From Eledone cirrhosa (lineage: Eukaryota), in the NCBI GenBank assembly GCA_964016885.1, contig OZ024746.1, positions 57,226,001-57,290,000 of the forward strand: DNA of 64,000 bases, read 5' to 3'. The number at the start of each line of letters is the position of its first letter. Position 1 is the first letter of the stretch. This document shows, piece after piece, positions 28,250 to 42,254 of this stretch. The notes under the pieces are model-generated. The model did no database searches and was not told the DNA's origin. It worked only from the letters and a program-made list of their open reading frames with translations. Made by a program: the position numbers and the translations under genes.

Positions 28250-29551
28250 TGGCTATATAGCTATAATGGCTATATGGATAAAACTAACGCGGTGAAGACG
28301 GCGAACAAGGGCCGTCAAGCGCGGCGACAGAATGACCGTCTTTCGGAGCGCGGGCGACCACCCGAGACCAAGCCGGCCCCCGAGGCGACCGGATCGCACG
28401 CGGAGGGCGATGTGGTCCAACGCCGAGAGGGAACTAGAGGCATATGGGAGAACACAGTGTCGGCGGAACAACACCCTGGGAACATTGAGAAAGCCATAAC
28501 AATTCGAGGCCCGGACATCAGATGCGTTAGAACTGACAACAGAACTTGTAACTGCAGAGCGGGCCCCCAGTGCCCCCTACAGGGAAAATGCCTGACGAAG
28601 GACCTGATACACAAGTGCGTGTTTACAACCCAAAATTGCGCATCAAACCTACATCGGCGCAACATCCACGACCTTTAAATCGCAGATGTATAATCACACG
28701 TATTCCTTCAGAGACCGTAGCAAAAGGCACTCCACTAGGTTAGCGAACCTGGTGTAGGACCTGAAAGACCAAGGCACTCCGTACGCCCTGGATAGAGTAT
28801 AGTCCGCCATGCGAGGGCATATTCAGTAGATAATCAAACTGAAAGATGACGCGGTCAACCTGAAGTCTGAAATTATCATGTCTTGCAGGCACCAGAGAAG
28901 ATGCACTTTTGTAGCATGGAATCCTCCGGGTGGCACAGGCCAGGGGCATTGGACCGGGCGCGCAGAGACCCGAACGGCCCAACGGGATTAAGGGACCTGA
29001 CGCCATGCTGTGATGACATTGTGCGACACGTGTGGCAAACATAAGTAAACCAGGTTTCGCACCTGACCGAGAACGCATCATTGGGCAGATACATCGCCTA
29101 GGCCGGACCGGCCCATACGTTTTTCACGGTCGTCCGATACCCCAAACAAATAGAACAGCACACCCCAGGCACGGTGCCCTAACGCATGGTGACCGGTCCA
29201 AGCGTCCCCTTGAATGTGTACCCCGTCAATCGTGAATATATACTCTCCACATGTTCCACGTTGGAACAATTATTATTACTGCTGTTATTGTTTTGTTATT
29301 GTTACTTGCTCCAGATACGGACCTAAGTTTGCACCTCATACTACCTGTGTGTGGTATATCACATGGATACACGCATCTTCTTTTGTACCCCCCTCCCCCC
29401 TGTTTTTTATTTACCCCTTTTTTAATGTATTTATTTGTGAAGTTACATAGGGATTTTAATGTATTTTAAAATATTGTAAATTAATTTATTTCATTTTATT
29501 TTATTATCCTATTGTGTTTATATGTGTGTTTTTATGTGTAGACCTGTCCGA

Positions 29552-29599
<48 letters not shown>

Positions 29600-30211
29600 G
29601 TATGTACGTACAGCTGCATATAAGTATGTGTGTGCATGTGGGTGTGTATGTATATACATGTGTGTGTGCGTATGTATGTATATGTGGGTCTCTATAGGTA
29701 TGTATATTTGTGTGTGTATGTATATGTATGTGTACATCTCACAGGAATGTGGACGCATGGATTATATATACATTGTATTATTATTGTTATTATTATTTTA
29801 TCATATATCCATTGTATATATCCATATATGTATGTATGAATATGTGTGCATGTATATATAGAAAAATGTATTGTATACTATGTTGATATTTTATGTTATG
29901 TTATTTTACTGTTATCTTATGGTATACTGTGTTTTTTATTATATATTGTATTTTTATTTTACGGTTTTGTTTATATATGAATATGCGTAAACATGTGTGT
30001 GTAAGCAAATATGCATATGTGCATGTGTCTGTACGTGGCCGTCCGTGTGCGTATGTATATATATGTAGATGTATATATGTCTGCATGCATATTTTTATAT
30101 ACGCGTATATATGTGGCTGTGCGTATGCATGTAGAGTTTTATATATATATGTATATTTTTGTAAGTGTATGTGGGTATGTAGTTATGTGTAAGTATATGT
30201 AGTTTGTATGG

Positions 30212-30288
<77 letters not shown>

Positions 30289-31203
30289 AGTTTATGCCTA
30301 GGTATGTGTGTGCGCGTATGTGTGTGTATATGTGTATGTTTGCGTGGTGGGGTTTTCATATTTGGACATATGTGCGTATAAGTTCCTATGTGCATGTGCG
30401 TGTGTACATGTGTATGTATGTGTGCGTATACATATATGTATATGTGTATACGTGTGTATACGCGTGCGTCTGCATGCGTGTGTATGTATGTGTGTGGGCG
30501 CGTACGTACGCCCTTATAGGACAGAGTGTGTCTATGTGTTTGCATTCGGGTGTATATAAACGTGTGTGTATACAGACGTGTCTGTCTGCGCGTGTGAACG
30601 CGTTTGCTTGCATGTGAGACCAGATGTATGGCGCGGTTCAGGCAGGCGCTAATAGGGTTGTGGCGGTCCGTATCTAGAAGTGGGTGTGCCTGGGTTTGTG
30701 GAGGAGAGGGAGAGTGTGTGCGTGTGTATAAGTACATGGGAGTATGTGTGTCTATGCATGTATGCGTACATTTGTGTATGCACGCATGTGTCTGTGCCTG
30801 CCCGTGTGTGTGTATATGTATGGGTGTGTATGTGCGGGTACATAGTCTGGAGGGTGAAGAGACGTTTCAGATACCGAACCCAGCATGATTCCATTGATGT
30901 GTGTCGGAGGGAAAATAGCTGATGACCTGTGTAGCAGTAAATAGTAACCATAACTTAAGATGACGTGGAATGGGAACAGCCAATGGCATGACAGGAGAGG
31001 AACATGTTTTTTTGAAGGTGTTCTTTTGACGATACCACCCCAGTGAGAAAATTTGCTCCGGACGAACTACCCGTGTCCGTGGGAACCTGCAGCCGTAAAA
31101 TCACCCTGATCCATGCAGTGATCATGTCTCGAGCTATCTGCCGGCGAAACAATTGTAACACTTAATAAAGTGGGTTTAGATGCATGACTGATTTTTCGGT
31201 CTC

Positions 31204-31206
<3 letters not shown>
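28250..31206 (+). mobile_element. Penelope-like element, apparently endonuclease-only, with long low-complexity 3' region ending AATAAA...(TA)n
   Basis: GIY-YIG remnant at 28274-28900, AATAAA at ~31164, and the sequence runs into (TA)n at ~31206. Continuity across 29300-30850 is inferred. Confidence 0.6.
28274..28900 (+). pseudogene. GIY-YIG endonuclease (PLE type), frameshift and stops
   Basis: TCNCRAGPQCPLQGKCLTKDLIHKCV, then after a frameshift YIGATSTTFKSQMYNHTYSFRDRSKRHSTRLANLV*DLKDQG. Same motif layout as 9260-9881. Confidence 0.85.
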
Positions 31207-31289
<83 letters not shown>

Positions 31290-31308
31290 TATATATATAC
31301 ATATATAT

Positions 31309-31445
31309 ACAGAAATATCCATCGAAACGGCTTGAGCTCTGACGTCGGGGTCATACTTTTTTCCTATTTCCAACACTACAACCCTATGTATTGAGTACTC
31401 TGGTGTGTTATGGTCCATCTGGTTCTGTACCACAATTCCTTTGTT
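31309..31445 (+). mobile_element. Short TA-flanked repeat family X (probable PLE 3' end)
   Basis: cgaaacggcttgagctctg.cgtcggggtcatact...tattgagtactctggtg.gttatggtcca.ctggtt...accaca is shared with 38103-38277 and 60918-61108. Confidence 0.7.
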
Positions 31446-31466
31446 ATATATATATATATATATATA

Positions 31467-32143
31467 ACACAAAATATCTGGTAGAGAATGTTGAGTAGCT
31501 AGAGGGGATCACTAACGTAGGCGGGAAGCCGCTAGAATTGGTTGAGGACTTCCTGTATTTGGGAGCAAAGATTGGGAATACGGAATATGATGTGGTTGAG
31601 AGGAAGAGCAAAGCCTGGGCGGCGTGCCACAGCTTGAGATCGGTGTGGAAGTCAAACCTTCGTGAAGACCTAAAAATCCGCCTCTTCATTGTTGTAGTGG
31701 AGTATGTGCTACTGTACGGGTCTGAGACTTGGACACTGACCAAGAAACTCACTCAGATGGTGGATGGGTGCTACACGAGAATGCTGAGGATGGGTGTGAA
31801 CATTAATCAGTATACACTGAGGATGAAAATCTCAGAGCTCACAAATGTCAGCTCAAAAGGGAGCCTCACAAATGTCAGCTCAAATGGGAGCCTCACAAAT
31901 GTCAGCTCAAAAGTGACACAGAGCTGGACATGCTCACCGACATACAGAGTTGACATTGCACTCAGTGCTCCCGTGGGAGTCCCTACATGGACACATTGGA
32001 AGACGAAGACCAAGGTTAACGTGTATTGATGCCCTAAGGACAGACACTGGTGTGTTGGAGACGCAGGACATGGCAGCGATAATGAGGGACAGAGACCGCT
32101 GGAGAGAACTCGTCCATGGATCTCGGGAATTTTATCCGCTCTA
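31467..32143 (+). mobile_element. RTE-type LINE 3' fragment with an internal 27-bp triplication
   Basis: VEDFLYLGAKI...LKIRLFIVVVEYVLLYGSETWTLTKK...DGCYTRMLRM, then GRRRPRLTCID...RDRDRWRELV. The unit gagcctcacaaatgtcagctcaaa is repeated at ~31835-31912. Confidence 0.88.
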
Positions 32144-34400
32144 GATATATAGATATATATACCTATGTTTCTTCCTTGGTTATCCAGAACCTGAGTGCTT
32201 TGACAAAAATCGACAGTGGAGAAAATAAGAAACATAAGAAACATAACTGCTAATGTCGGTTAAATGCCTATATGTGAGTGACACAGAATAGCTTCTCTTA
32301 ATTGACTAAACGAATGACAAGAGATGAATAGTCATCTTGAAATGAATTTAATTATCCTTCGTATATTATTTAAATAGCATTTGGCTGTACCGATAATAAA
32401 ACAGAAATTTAAAATAGGGTAAATGTTATCGCAGCTAGATTGAGAAGAAGAACAAATTCCAGACTCCTGAAAAACTCCGTGTATAAGGGTTTTCTAATTC
32501 ATAATAGCCAATAGACTGTGTATAACTGTACGTCCGTATGATAAAGTTATCGAGGTATTATGACAAAGAGATTGAAGCTGACACCACAGTTGTCTTATTC
32601 CAATGTCATACGTAATCTTGAAACATATAGTTTAGACATATCCACTACCACATCATGACCTGTACCAACACCGTCTATGAGTTCTCTCCCTAGCTTACTT
32701 TGCATCACCTGAACCTATTTAAATGACGTATCGGCTATGTTAAATTGTATCCCTGAATCTATATATTACTTGATGGGACACACGAAAATAATCTTGAACA
32801 TCACATATAGAAGCAACACACCATCTATGAGAAAGGCATGCTCGCTTCTAGCGGTTTTATCATGTACTAATACTAATACTGGTACTAGTACTACTGATGG
32901 TTGTAATGATAATGATGATAATGGTGTTGATAGTGGTGATGATGATAAGGAGGATGATGAAGATGATGATGATGATGATGATAGTTGTATTTTCTCACCA
33001 TTTCAATGCATTGTGGTTTACAAGCTTTTAAGTAGAGCGTGTGTGTCTTTTATTTGTTTTGATATAACTGATATTATAATACAAACCTTGCATAAAAATG
33101 CCATGATTGGTAACAGCCCCAACAATATCTTTGTGATAGATGAGACTTAAAACCTGCTTTAAAATAGTTATGTCCCTTTTAGCACATTACTCTTCATCGT
33201 CGTCTGTGTGTTCTGCTATCAACAGCTACATCTAAGCACTGCTTCTATCTCTTTAATTCATGTTTCAAACATTATATAATGTTATATCGATCATAGTTTG
33301 AAATTTTGGTGCGTATTCGTCGTTTGTATTCACACAGCAGCATTACAAATGACTCTTAAACTGCACGATTCCCATCTTCAGATTTTCAACTTGACTCACT
33401 ATAAATCTTGAATGTATTAAAATTAATATCAAGCATACTGAATTCATGGGTGTTAACTCCCATACTTTCAACCCTTACATGTCTTTATTAGAACGCCATG
33501 TTCCTCTTTAGAATATCTAACCACAATTTACACCCATGTGTTTGCACTAACCAGTAATCGAAGCCACATCAAAGCGAAGTGTAATCACGTTAGTTATTCC
33601 CGCCCAGCCACTGGAAAGATGCCTTCAGCTGCATACAGCTCAGTCTGTCCACACCTCTCAAGATGTTCATCAAATAAATCGAACGATATAAAATAACAAA
33701 ACGAACGCCTGTTATAATAATATTCGATACATATTAAATGATTACCGGGAGTTAATATAACATTACTATTTTCACGAAATTCATCTCGTATATTATATAT
33801 CTCCACTGATCACAGCCAGATGCCTATAATAAAACGGAATGTTTTCCGAAATACGAAATCAAGCCAATTTATCATTCAGCTGTACGTTTAAACTAACCCT
33901 GCAATCTTTGAAATAACTGCCGATATTCCTATTGCAATTCGTTTCAAGAATGGTTGGGTCGGGTTGACATGGGTTGGGTGCTGGTAGTTGTGCTTGTATA
34001 CGAATAGCAGCAAAACTCTAACACACTACACATGGCATAGCCAAACTGATTGCTAGAGCGTTAATTCAATATACACGGTTAAATCGGAGCAGTTTAAACA
34101 TAAAAGACCTAATCATTTATTTGTAGTCAAAGTCTAATATCTCTAACAAGCATGACGTTGAAATGCTTGCGTGATTTGATGAGAAGAATTTCCTTGAAGT
34201 CTAGCTTTAATTCAAGCTATAAGCAAGGAGACCGCTTTGATGAGTTGAAAAGCGGTGCAAAAGGAGATATAGAATTTTCAATGGGTTGAAGCACAGATTT
34301 GTGTAAATACCTGATACAATTTAGAAGAATAATAAAATCGTATGGTTTGAATAAAGAATATTCAATGTTTGGCTTAGGGATATACACACACATACATGCA

Positions 34401-34465
<65 letters not shown>

Positions 34466-34784
34466 ACCCGTTAAGGAAGCTGTATTTAATAAGGTAAATT
34501 TACGGTGTTCTCTAGAACTACCTGGTATTTCTATTTGGTGATTTCACGTCAATAGGAAAACTTGTGGTAGAAATATTTAACACTGCACGGCTATAGGTTT
34601 GAATAACTTCGAGGCTTCATTTCTATTTCCAGTAATGTACATCTGCTACGGAATGGGCTCAATACATAATAGCGAACACGGAAACAGTAAAAAATATTGT
34701 ACAAGTTACTGTCTTAATTGGGCTATTAGATATGTACATAAATATAAATGTGGTGCGTGACTGTTGTTAATATAGTTATTGGTG

Positions 34785-34824
34785 ATGCTGCTGCTACTGC
34801 TGCTGCTACCACTATTACTACTAT

Positions 34825-34880
<56 letters not shown>

Positions 34881-34905
34881 TTATTATTACTACTACTACT
34901 GATGC
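34785..34905. repeat. (TAC)n/(TGC)n trinucleotide microsatellite
   Basis: Direct reading. Confidence 0.95.
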
Positions 34906-35882
34906 TGCATCACAATTTGCACTTCCGGCTTCTTGAGGTTTCTGCAACACTGTGAGTTTGCATTATTTCCATTTTACTTTTTAAAAGGCGAAATACTACA
35001 CCAGCTTATCTAATGTTTCATTCTCCTGTTTAGTAACCACACAGTTCCATTCGTTTCGTATCCTGTTTTCTAATTACCGCTGTGACCCTAACAGCTTTGT
35101 TCGATCTGTTTTCCTTCCACACTTTCGCATCGACTCTCCCTTTCTCTCTTCTCTTCTCATCATCACTATCGTTTCTCTCTCACTCCCTCTCTCTAGTCAT
35201 CGGTTCAGTTTTGATTGTTCACAGGTTTATACGTGTCGTAGACATTTCTCTGTTCGCAATCTTTTGCGACACGTTTTTACCACCGTCGTAAAAAAAACCC
35301 CTTCTGGATTATCTCCCTTTCCATTCCTCCCTTCCACCTCCGGTGGCTTGTGTCTCTCTCTCACACTCTCTTGTCTACGAGATAGTCAACACGATTAATA
35401 CCGTCTTCGATTCGTAGCTGACCACCAGGCTTAAGTCTTTGAGGCCGGCTACAACTTACTTTCCCTAATTTTCCACGGTTAGACATTTGCATGTTTCTTT
35501 CTCCTGTGTCTTCCCATGATGGAATCTGTTTACCTGTTTCTCCTATTTTTTCTCCTTTTTTCTTCCTTTTTCCCTTCTCTCTTTCTTCCTCTCTCCTCGC
35601 CACGGCACCGCCACCACCAGCAGTATCAACAGCAAAATCAACAACTAACAACAACTCAAACCGCAGCAACAGTAGCAGTGACAACAACAACAGCAGTAGC
35701 AACAGGGGCATCAGTTTCAGTGACATCAACAAAGATGTGAATTCAGCTAGTCAACCAACAAGCATTTTAAGCACTGTTTTGTCCAGCCAAACAACCAATC
35801 AAATAATGAACCACGCGTTTAGGAGGAAACATCTCACACTCCCAGCCGTTCCCTCCACTCTGTCGGCAAAATTGGAGAATAA

Positions 35883-35945
35883 ATGGTTATTAAACGGGAA
35901 GAATTAATGGACGCTAAAAAGATGGTAGAAACGAGGTGTTACAGG
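35883..35945 (+). CDS. Candidate first coding exon of an unidentified host gene (MVIKREELMDAKKMVETRCYR, phase-0 donor)
   Basis: ATG at 35883, open for 21 codons to AGG|GTGAGC. It follows ~900 bp of non-TE, CT-rich and CAA/CAG-rich 5'UTR-like sequence. No homology recognised. Confidence 0.3.
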
Positions 35946-36299
35946 GTGAGCCTCAAACTACCTTCCGACATTATAGAAAATTAGGTTCGTTGAACGGTGA
36001 TATACCGTAAAACTGGAGCTATATAATTTTGGGTTAAGTGACCACCGAGATCCAAATCTATAAAAACGCATATTTTTCAAAGCAAAAGATTTTTGACGGT
36101 GGATAAAGAAAAAATCTGCTGCACACGGTCAAATGTCATCACCACTGAGAAGTCTCAATTCTTTTGCGCTGTATTGTATATCTGTTGCTGCCCATGATAT
36201 GCTCGCTCTTGCCGTGTAGAATGTTGCTGGAGATTCTCATACTACAAGTTTTACATTTTGCCGTACTTATCCCATCTACGATTACATCAATCACAAAGG

Positions 36300-36500
36300 G
36301 CAAGTGCTACTTCGCATGAACTCGGAACGTCTTCTACTGTCTGTCTTCCCAGGTAGAGGGGGAATGCAGGGTTATCACTTGGCTCCTCTTCACGAGATTC
36401 GTATTCGAGTGCAGCCTCGTGAGTTGGAATGGCTCTTCCAGCGCATCTCCCTTACCACCCTCCTGGGAAACGCCTTCTCCATTCTGTTCGCCGGGGCTGT
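36300..36500 (+). mobile_element. CRE-clade (RLE endonuclease) non-LTR retrotransposon C-terminal remnant
   Basis: ELEWLFQRISLTTLLGNAFSILFAG resembles the CRE C-terminal motif E..FL.QRIS.A..RGNA.SI. Confidence 0.5.
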
Positions 36501-36947
36501 GGGGAGGCCAGCACGTGGGACCCCATTTGCTCACCATACAGACAGATGGAGGAGGGTGAGGTAGATGGAGGAGATGGTAGTGGGAGTTCGGCTCTCCCAC
36601 GTTGGGACCATATCCTTGTGGTTGTGTCCATCAAGCCCCAGTGCAGTAATGTAAAGATAATGTAAAGATAATCTATCAAATCACCGAATTGAACAATTGT
36701 AGCTGATTTTAGATAAGCTTATTGGAGCTTTGCATTTTTAGAAAATTCTGTACAGGTGTGAAATCTATTCTATGCACGGTAATTATGCGAATTATACATT
36801 ATGTAGTTTGTTTCAAGCGTTGCAGAAAATATAGAAAACAATGTGATTTTTGAGACCCACGGCAATGTTAATATCAAAATAATTGTTTCAAATAAATATA
36901 ACTTTTCATGCTTATCTTCAACTTTGTTATTGTAATGTTTAATACAT

Positions 36948-37135
36948 AATTGTTTCTACTTTAGGCACAAGGCCAGCAATTGCCTAGTGAATTACTGGTA
37001 CTTTATTTTATCGACCCCGTAAGGATGAAAGGCAAAGTCAACCTCGGTGGGATTTGAACTCAGATCGTAAAGGGACGTAACTATGCTGGAAAGCATGGCG
37101 TCCGACCCTCTACCGATACTGCCAATCCACCGCCA
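36948..37135 (-). mobile_element. SINE (same family as 5366)
   Basis: Near full-length. The head contains a B-box-like gagttcaaatccc on the minus strand. Confidence 0.85.
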
Positions 37136-38004
37136 ATGTAATGTTTAATACTTACTGTCTTATTTTCATATTTTTGTCTATAAAATATGTATTTTAAATT
37201 AAGTAGTTTAATATTTCATTACATTAGCAGCTTGTGAGACGAGATGTGTATACCCTGATGTTTTCATAATCAGAAACTAGACTAGTGTGTACACGGCCGT
37301 TCCAGACCACCGAAGAATATTTGGTCCAATAAGGTAGTCTATTTGTACAACCGCATTAAATCTATTTCTATTAAAAAAGGGTTCTCGCCCCACGTATATA
37401 TTTATTAATAGAACTCATCTATCGGGATGACAATTTTATATAAAATCTCCTAATCATTTAGACACATAATCCACGCTTTTGGCGGGAGCGGAAATATTTG
37501 TTTTCTAATCTCCCGCCACCACGTAAATTTGTAAATCGGGGGACGGAGTTATATCAGATTCCAGTTGCTAATCACTTTAGTGTGCCGGCCGTCGCAAACA
37601 GTCTTAGCTGGCATGGAATGGAGTTGAATTATGTCGATCGATTGGTTATTGATTAGGCGGTAAATGCTGATGAATCCACATACACCGATTATGCATTGTT
37701 GCATAATATATGCAGATAGGGTGCACTGCACCCTATTGCTGCATTAAGTGTGACCGAAACTTGAGTCCGGGAACCAATATAAGCACCCGTTTACGTGTGT
37801 TGTATTGAAGCGAATAACTATGTGTATAATCTGAAATGTATTCTATATTATCTAGTGAGTACGCTGAAATACAACTGGTCCTGGCATTGTTAAATATGCT
37901 GGGTACGTCAACTCCTTATATATATATGACAAGATTCAGGACCCCGACAGCTGAGCTCCGGCCGTTTCGACACCTAGATACGAGCTGAATCGCCGGTCCG
38001 TATA

Positions 38005-38303
<299 letters not shown>

Positions 38304-38312
<9 letters not shown>

Positions 38313-39156
38313 GAAACACACAGATACATGCGGACACACACATATATACATGAATGCATCCGCACCCAACTGTGAGTTAAGGGTGCCTACTTCACCGATG
38401 TTGCTCAATGAATGACTGGGACAGACCAATTCAGTTTGAACCAGACTGAACCAGTATCAGAGTTAAAAATACATTATGAAGAGAGAAGAAACATTTAGAT
38501 ATAATTAGTAATAAAATGTATCATACCTAAACTGTTCCTAAATTCCTCGACTACGTAGTTTCGTGGCATAAACAAAAACAATATATCAAAGATATAGAGT
38601 CCTTGCGAGGTCTGCCGACTTATCAAGAGGATACCTCATTTTACTAGTCTCAAGAACGCGTCTACACGACGTGAGAAAGAATCCCAAAAGGCGGAGGGGG
38701 AGATAGTCACGCGATATAACGGTCGAGAAACAGAGCTAAGCCTCTTATAACCACGAAGAAAATACCACGGAGGCGGAGGGGGTATTCATATCGAGGCCGC
38801 AGAAGAGGTAGTGAAGAAGGCGAGAAGTATGAGTAATGGAAGCTTTCCAGTTGTCCCCACACTTCAAAGATTGCTCGACCAGAGGGAGTTATTAATATAT
38901 TTAGAAACACACAGATACATGCGGACACACACATATATACATGAATGCATCCGCACCCAACTGTGAGTGTAGACGCGTTCTTGAGACTAGTAAAATGAGG
39001 TATCCTCTTGATAAGTCGGCAGACCTCGCAAGGACTCTATATCTTTGATATATTGTTTTTGTTTATGCCACGAAACTACGTAGTCGAGGAATTTAGGAAC
39101 AGTTTAGGTATGATACATTTTATTACTAATTATATCTAAATGTTTCTTCTCTCTTC

Positions 39157-39161
<5 letters not shown>
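38304..39161. mobile_element. Retrozyme-like element: 591-bp unit present ~1.1 times (38304-38968) plus 195-bp inverted copy (38967-39161), both ends in (TA)n
   Basis: 38311-38377 equals 38902-38968 (period 591). 38473-38667 is the reverse complement of 38967-39161. Confidence 0.85.
39003..39090 (+). ncRNA. Type I hammerhead with U3-A8 core variant (identical copy on minus strand at 38544-38631)
   Basis: TCCTC TTGATAA gt(c)ggca...tgccac GAAA CTACGTAG TC GAGGA: perfect 5-bp stem I, stem II, palindromic stem III, GUC site at 39083-39085. Confidence 0.75.
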
Positions 39162-39200
<39 letters not shown>

Positions 39201-39245
39201 CAGCGATTCTTTGCTTAAACTTTAATCTGTTATCTTAATAAATAT

Positions 39246-39374
<129 letters not shown>

Positions 39375-40701
39375 TACATATATATATATACATTTATTGA
39401 TATCAACCTATTTATAGTGGAGCCGATAACGTTGTTAAAGCTCTTTGTATCAATGAAGATATAAATATATACATATGTGTATTTATATATGCACATACCC
39501 ACCCACAGAGAAGCATATATGTGTTAGTGTTTATCTGTGTATGTGTGTGGTTGTGTGCAAGGTGTGTTTGTGTGAGTGAGTATGTACTTGCTGTATATTA
39601 GTAACGAAAACATTTCAGAAAAAAAATATTGCTGTTCTGATGCCTATACGCCATAATATAAATCACATGAAAATGTTGAGGAGGTGGTGATTTAGCAGAC
39701 TTCACGCTAACTAATCGGAGATTTTTGAGATAGAAAAATACATTATAAACGGTAGAATCAATGACAAGCGTCAGTATGTATATAATTAAAAAAATAATCT
39801 ACATAAATATGTCACACTTGCCTGCAACTAAATGAATAATATACATTAGCGGCAGTGTTTATTCGCGTGTTGTAAACTGGTGTCCGTTTTATATATGAGC
39901 AATAATTCATGAATGATGCTACTGAGAAAAACCAATCTTTATTTATGAATGACGTAAGATAATTTAAAAGGAAAATGTAAAGACATAGGGCGAAGGTAAC
40001 TATGCGTGTTGATTTCGGTTCAGTCCCTATGCATTGGGAAATTGTCGGCTCATAGTCTCCGTATGACCAGTAACTTGGGGATGAAATATACTTCGTTCTA
40101 ACAGCAAAAATAAATACGGGTGTATTACATAACGCGCCCTATATTTCCTCACGATAATGGGTTGGGTTTTTAGTTATGCTTCTAGCACAAATAACATATA
40201 CAACCGAAACAACTAGATTGTCATCGAGGTCGACAACAAATATAGAAATGACCCATAACTCAGGCAATAACACCAGTAAAACTGCATTCTCTACACGAAA
40301 AAAAAAAATACCCTGAACTCCTCGATGTTCAATGATAACAGACATATTGATTTACTATTGGCACCCGAGAATACTGCTGATAATGAAGATATACATTTGA
40401 TTGAAGTTTACACAATATATAAATAGTATTTATTCTATACATATATCTCCATAAAATTTAGAAAAAAGATTTGCAAGATGAGGAAGGATTTGAAATAATA
40501 ACGTTAAAAAAGGAATGCAAACGTTGCAATGTATTTAATCTATTGAGTGATTCTTTACAGCTCTTGTCGCACTTGGCATCAATATACGATTTAACATATA
40601 TTAAAATCAAACGAATTTGTCCAGACGAAATTAAGTAATATACGAATTATGAATTTGCGATAAAAATATTGTTTATAATATATATATATATATATATATG
40701 T

Positions 40702-40773
<72 letters not shown>

Positions 40774-40787
40774 TTTATATATATATA

Positions 40788-40878
<91 letters not shown>

Positions 40879-41135
40879 ATATATATATATATATATACGC
40901 ACATATATATATATGCGTGTGTGTGTGACTGTTTGCGTGCGTGCGTTTGGCTTTGAGCAATGTACCGTGTTTTCAATGATTTAACTGGTCTTCTGATGTT
41001 ATGTTAAGGAAAATATCTTGACATTTTACCAATAACAGCGAATTCTTGCCCAGCGAAGCTTCTAAAAAAACCACTGAAACATACAATGTTACCTGACGTA
41101 CGTTTCAAAATTGATTTAGTTTGCTTGTTTTGCAG

Positions 41136-41226
<91 letters not shown>

Positions 41227-41285
41227 GTATATATATTTATATATGTATATATATATATATGTATATTTATATGTATACATAAAAA

Positions 41286-41389
<104 letters not shown>

Positions 41390-41555
41390 ATATGCATGTA
41401 TGTGTGCGGAAGATATGATGTACTGTTAATATTTCAGAAGACATAAGAATGTTCAAAAGAATAGCAATTCTCCTCTTATGTTACATGGGTAATATTGCTT
41501 TCTTTTGAAGAGAAATGATGACGGGATATATATATATATACATATATATACGTAT

Positions 41556-41878
<323 letters not shown>

Positions 41879-41970
41879 TCTACCTGGAGTTGCGATGATA
41901 GATAGTATTAGCAATTGGAAAGACCAACGGAAACATTGTTCCCTCGGTCCGATTTGACGAATGTCGATCG

Positions 41971-42021
<51 letters not shown>

Positions 42022-42254
42022 AGAAGGTAGTTCAGCATAATCGAAGTTCTGGTTGCGGGGAAGTGCAGCCAAAAGCACTCAATAAAGAATTTTACCTCAG
42101 AATTTAAACACCTATGCAAATTGAAGCCAGCGACCGAAATGCGAGCCGCTAGGACCAGAACAACGAAAAATCCGACTCAGGGAAATGTTTGACAGTTACC
42201 TGGACCACCGTGAATTTATTACATAATATTATATAACGCCATACTTTCCCACAT

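Noticed and set aside
30915-31165. Hammerhead in the 3' end of the 28250-31206 element (CTGATGA at ~30919, TTGACGA at ~31026, GAAACAATTGTA at ~31146)
   Set aside because: The half-motifs are present, but I could not build consistent adjacent stems I and II. It may be a decayed ribozyme.
32737-33150. 137-aa ORF with an acidic tract
   Set aside because: The poly-Asp comes from a (GAT)n microsatellite, and no domain is recognisable.
35491-35907. 138-aa Ser/Asn-rich ORF
   Set aside because: Low-complexity CT and CAA repeats explain the open frame. It is more likely UTR.
37478-37520. Inverted E2F-like sites (tttggcggga / tcccgcca)
   Set aside because: Short motifs with no supporting promoter evidence. 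They could occur by chance.
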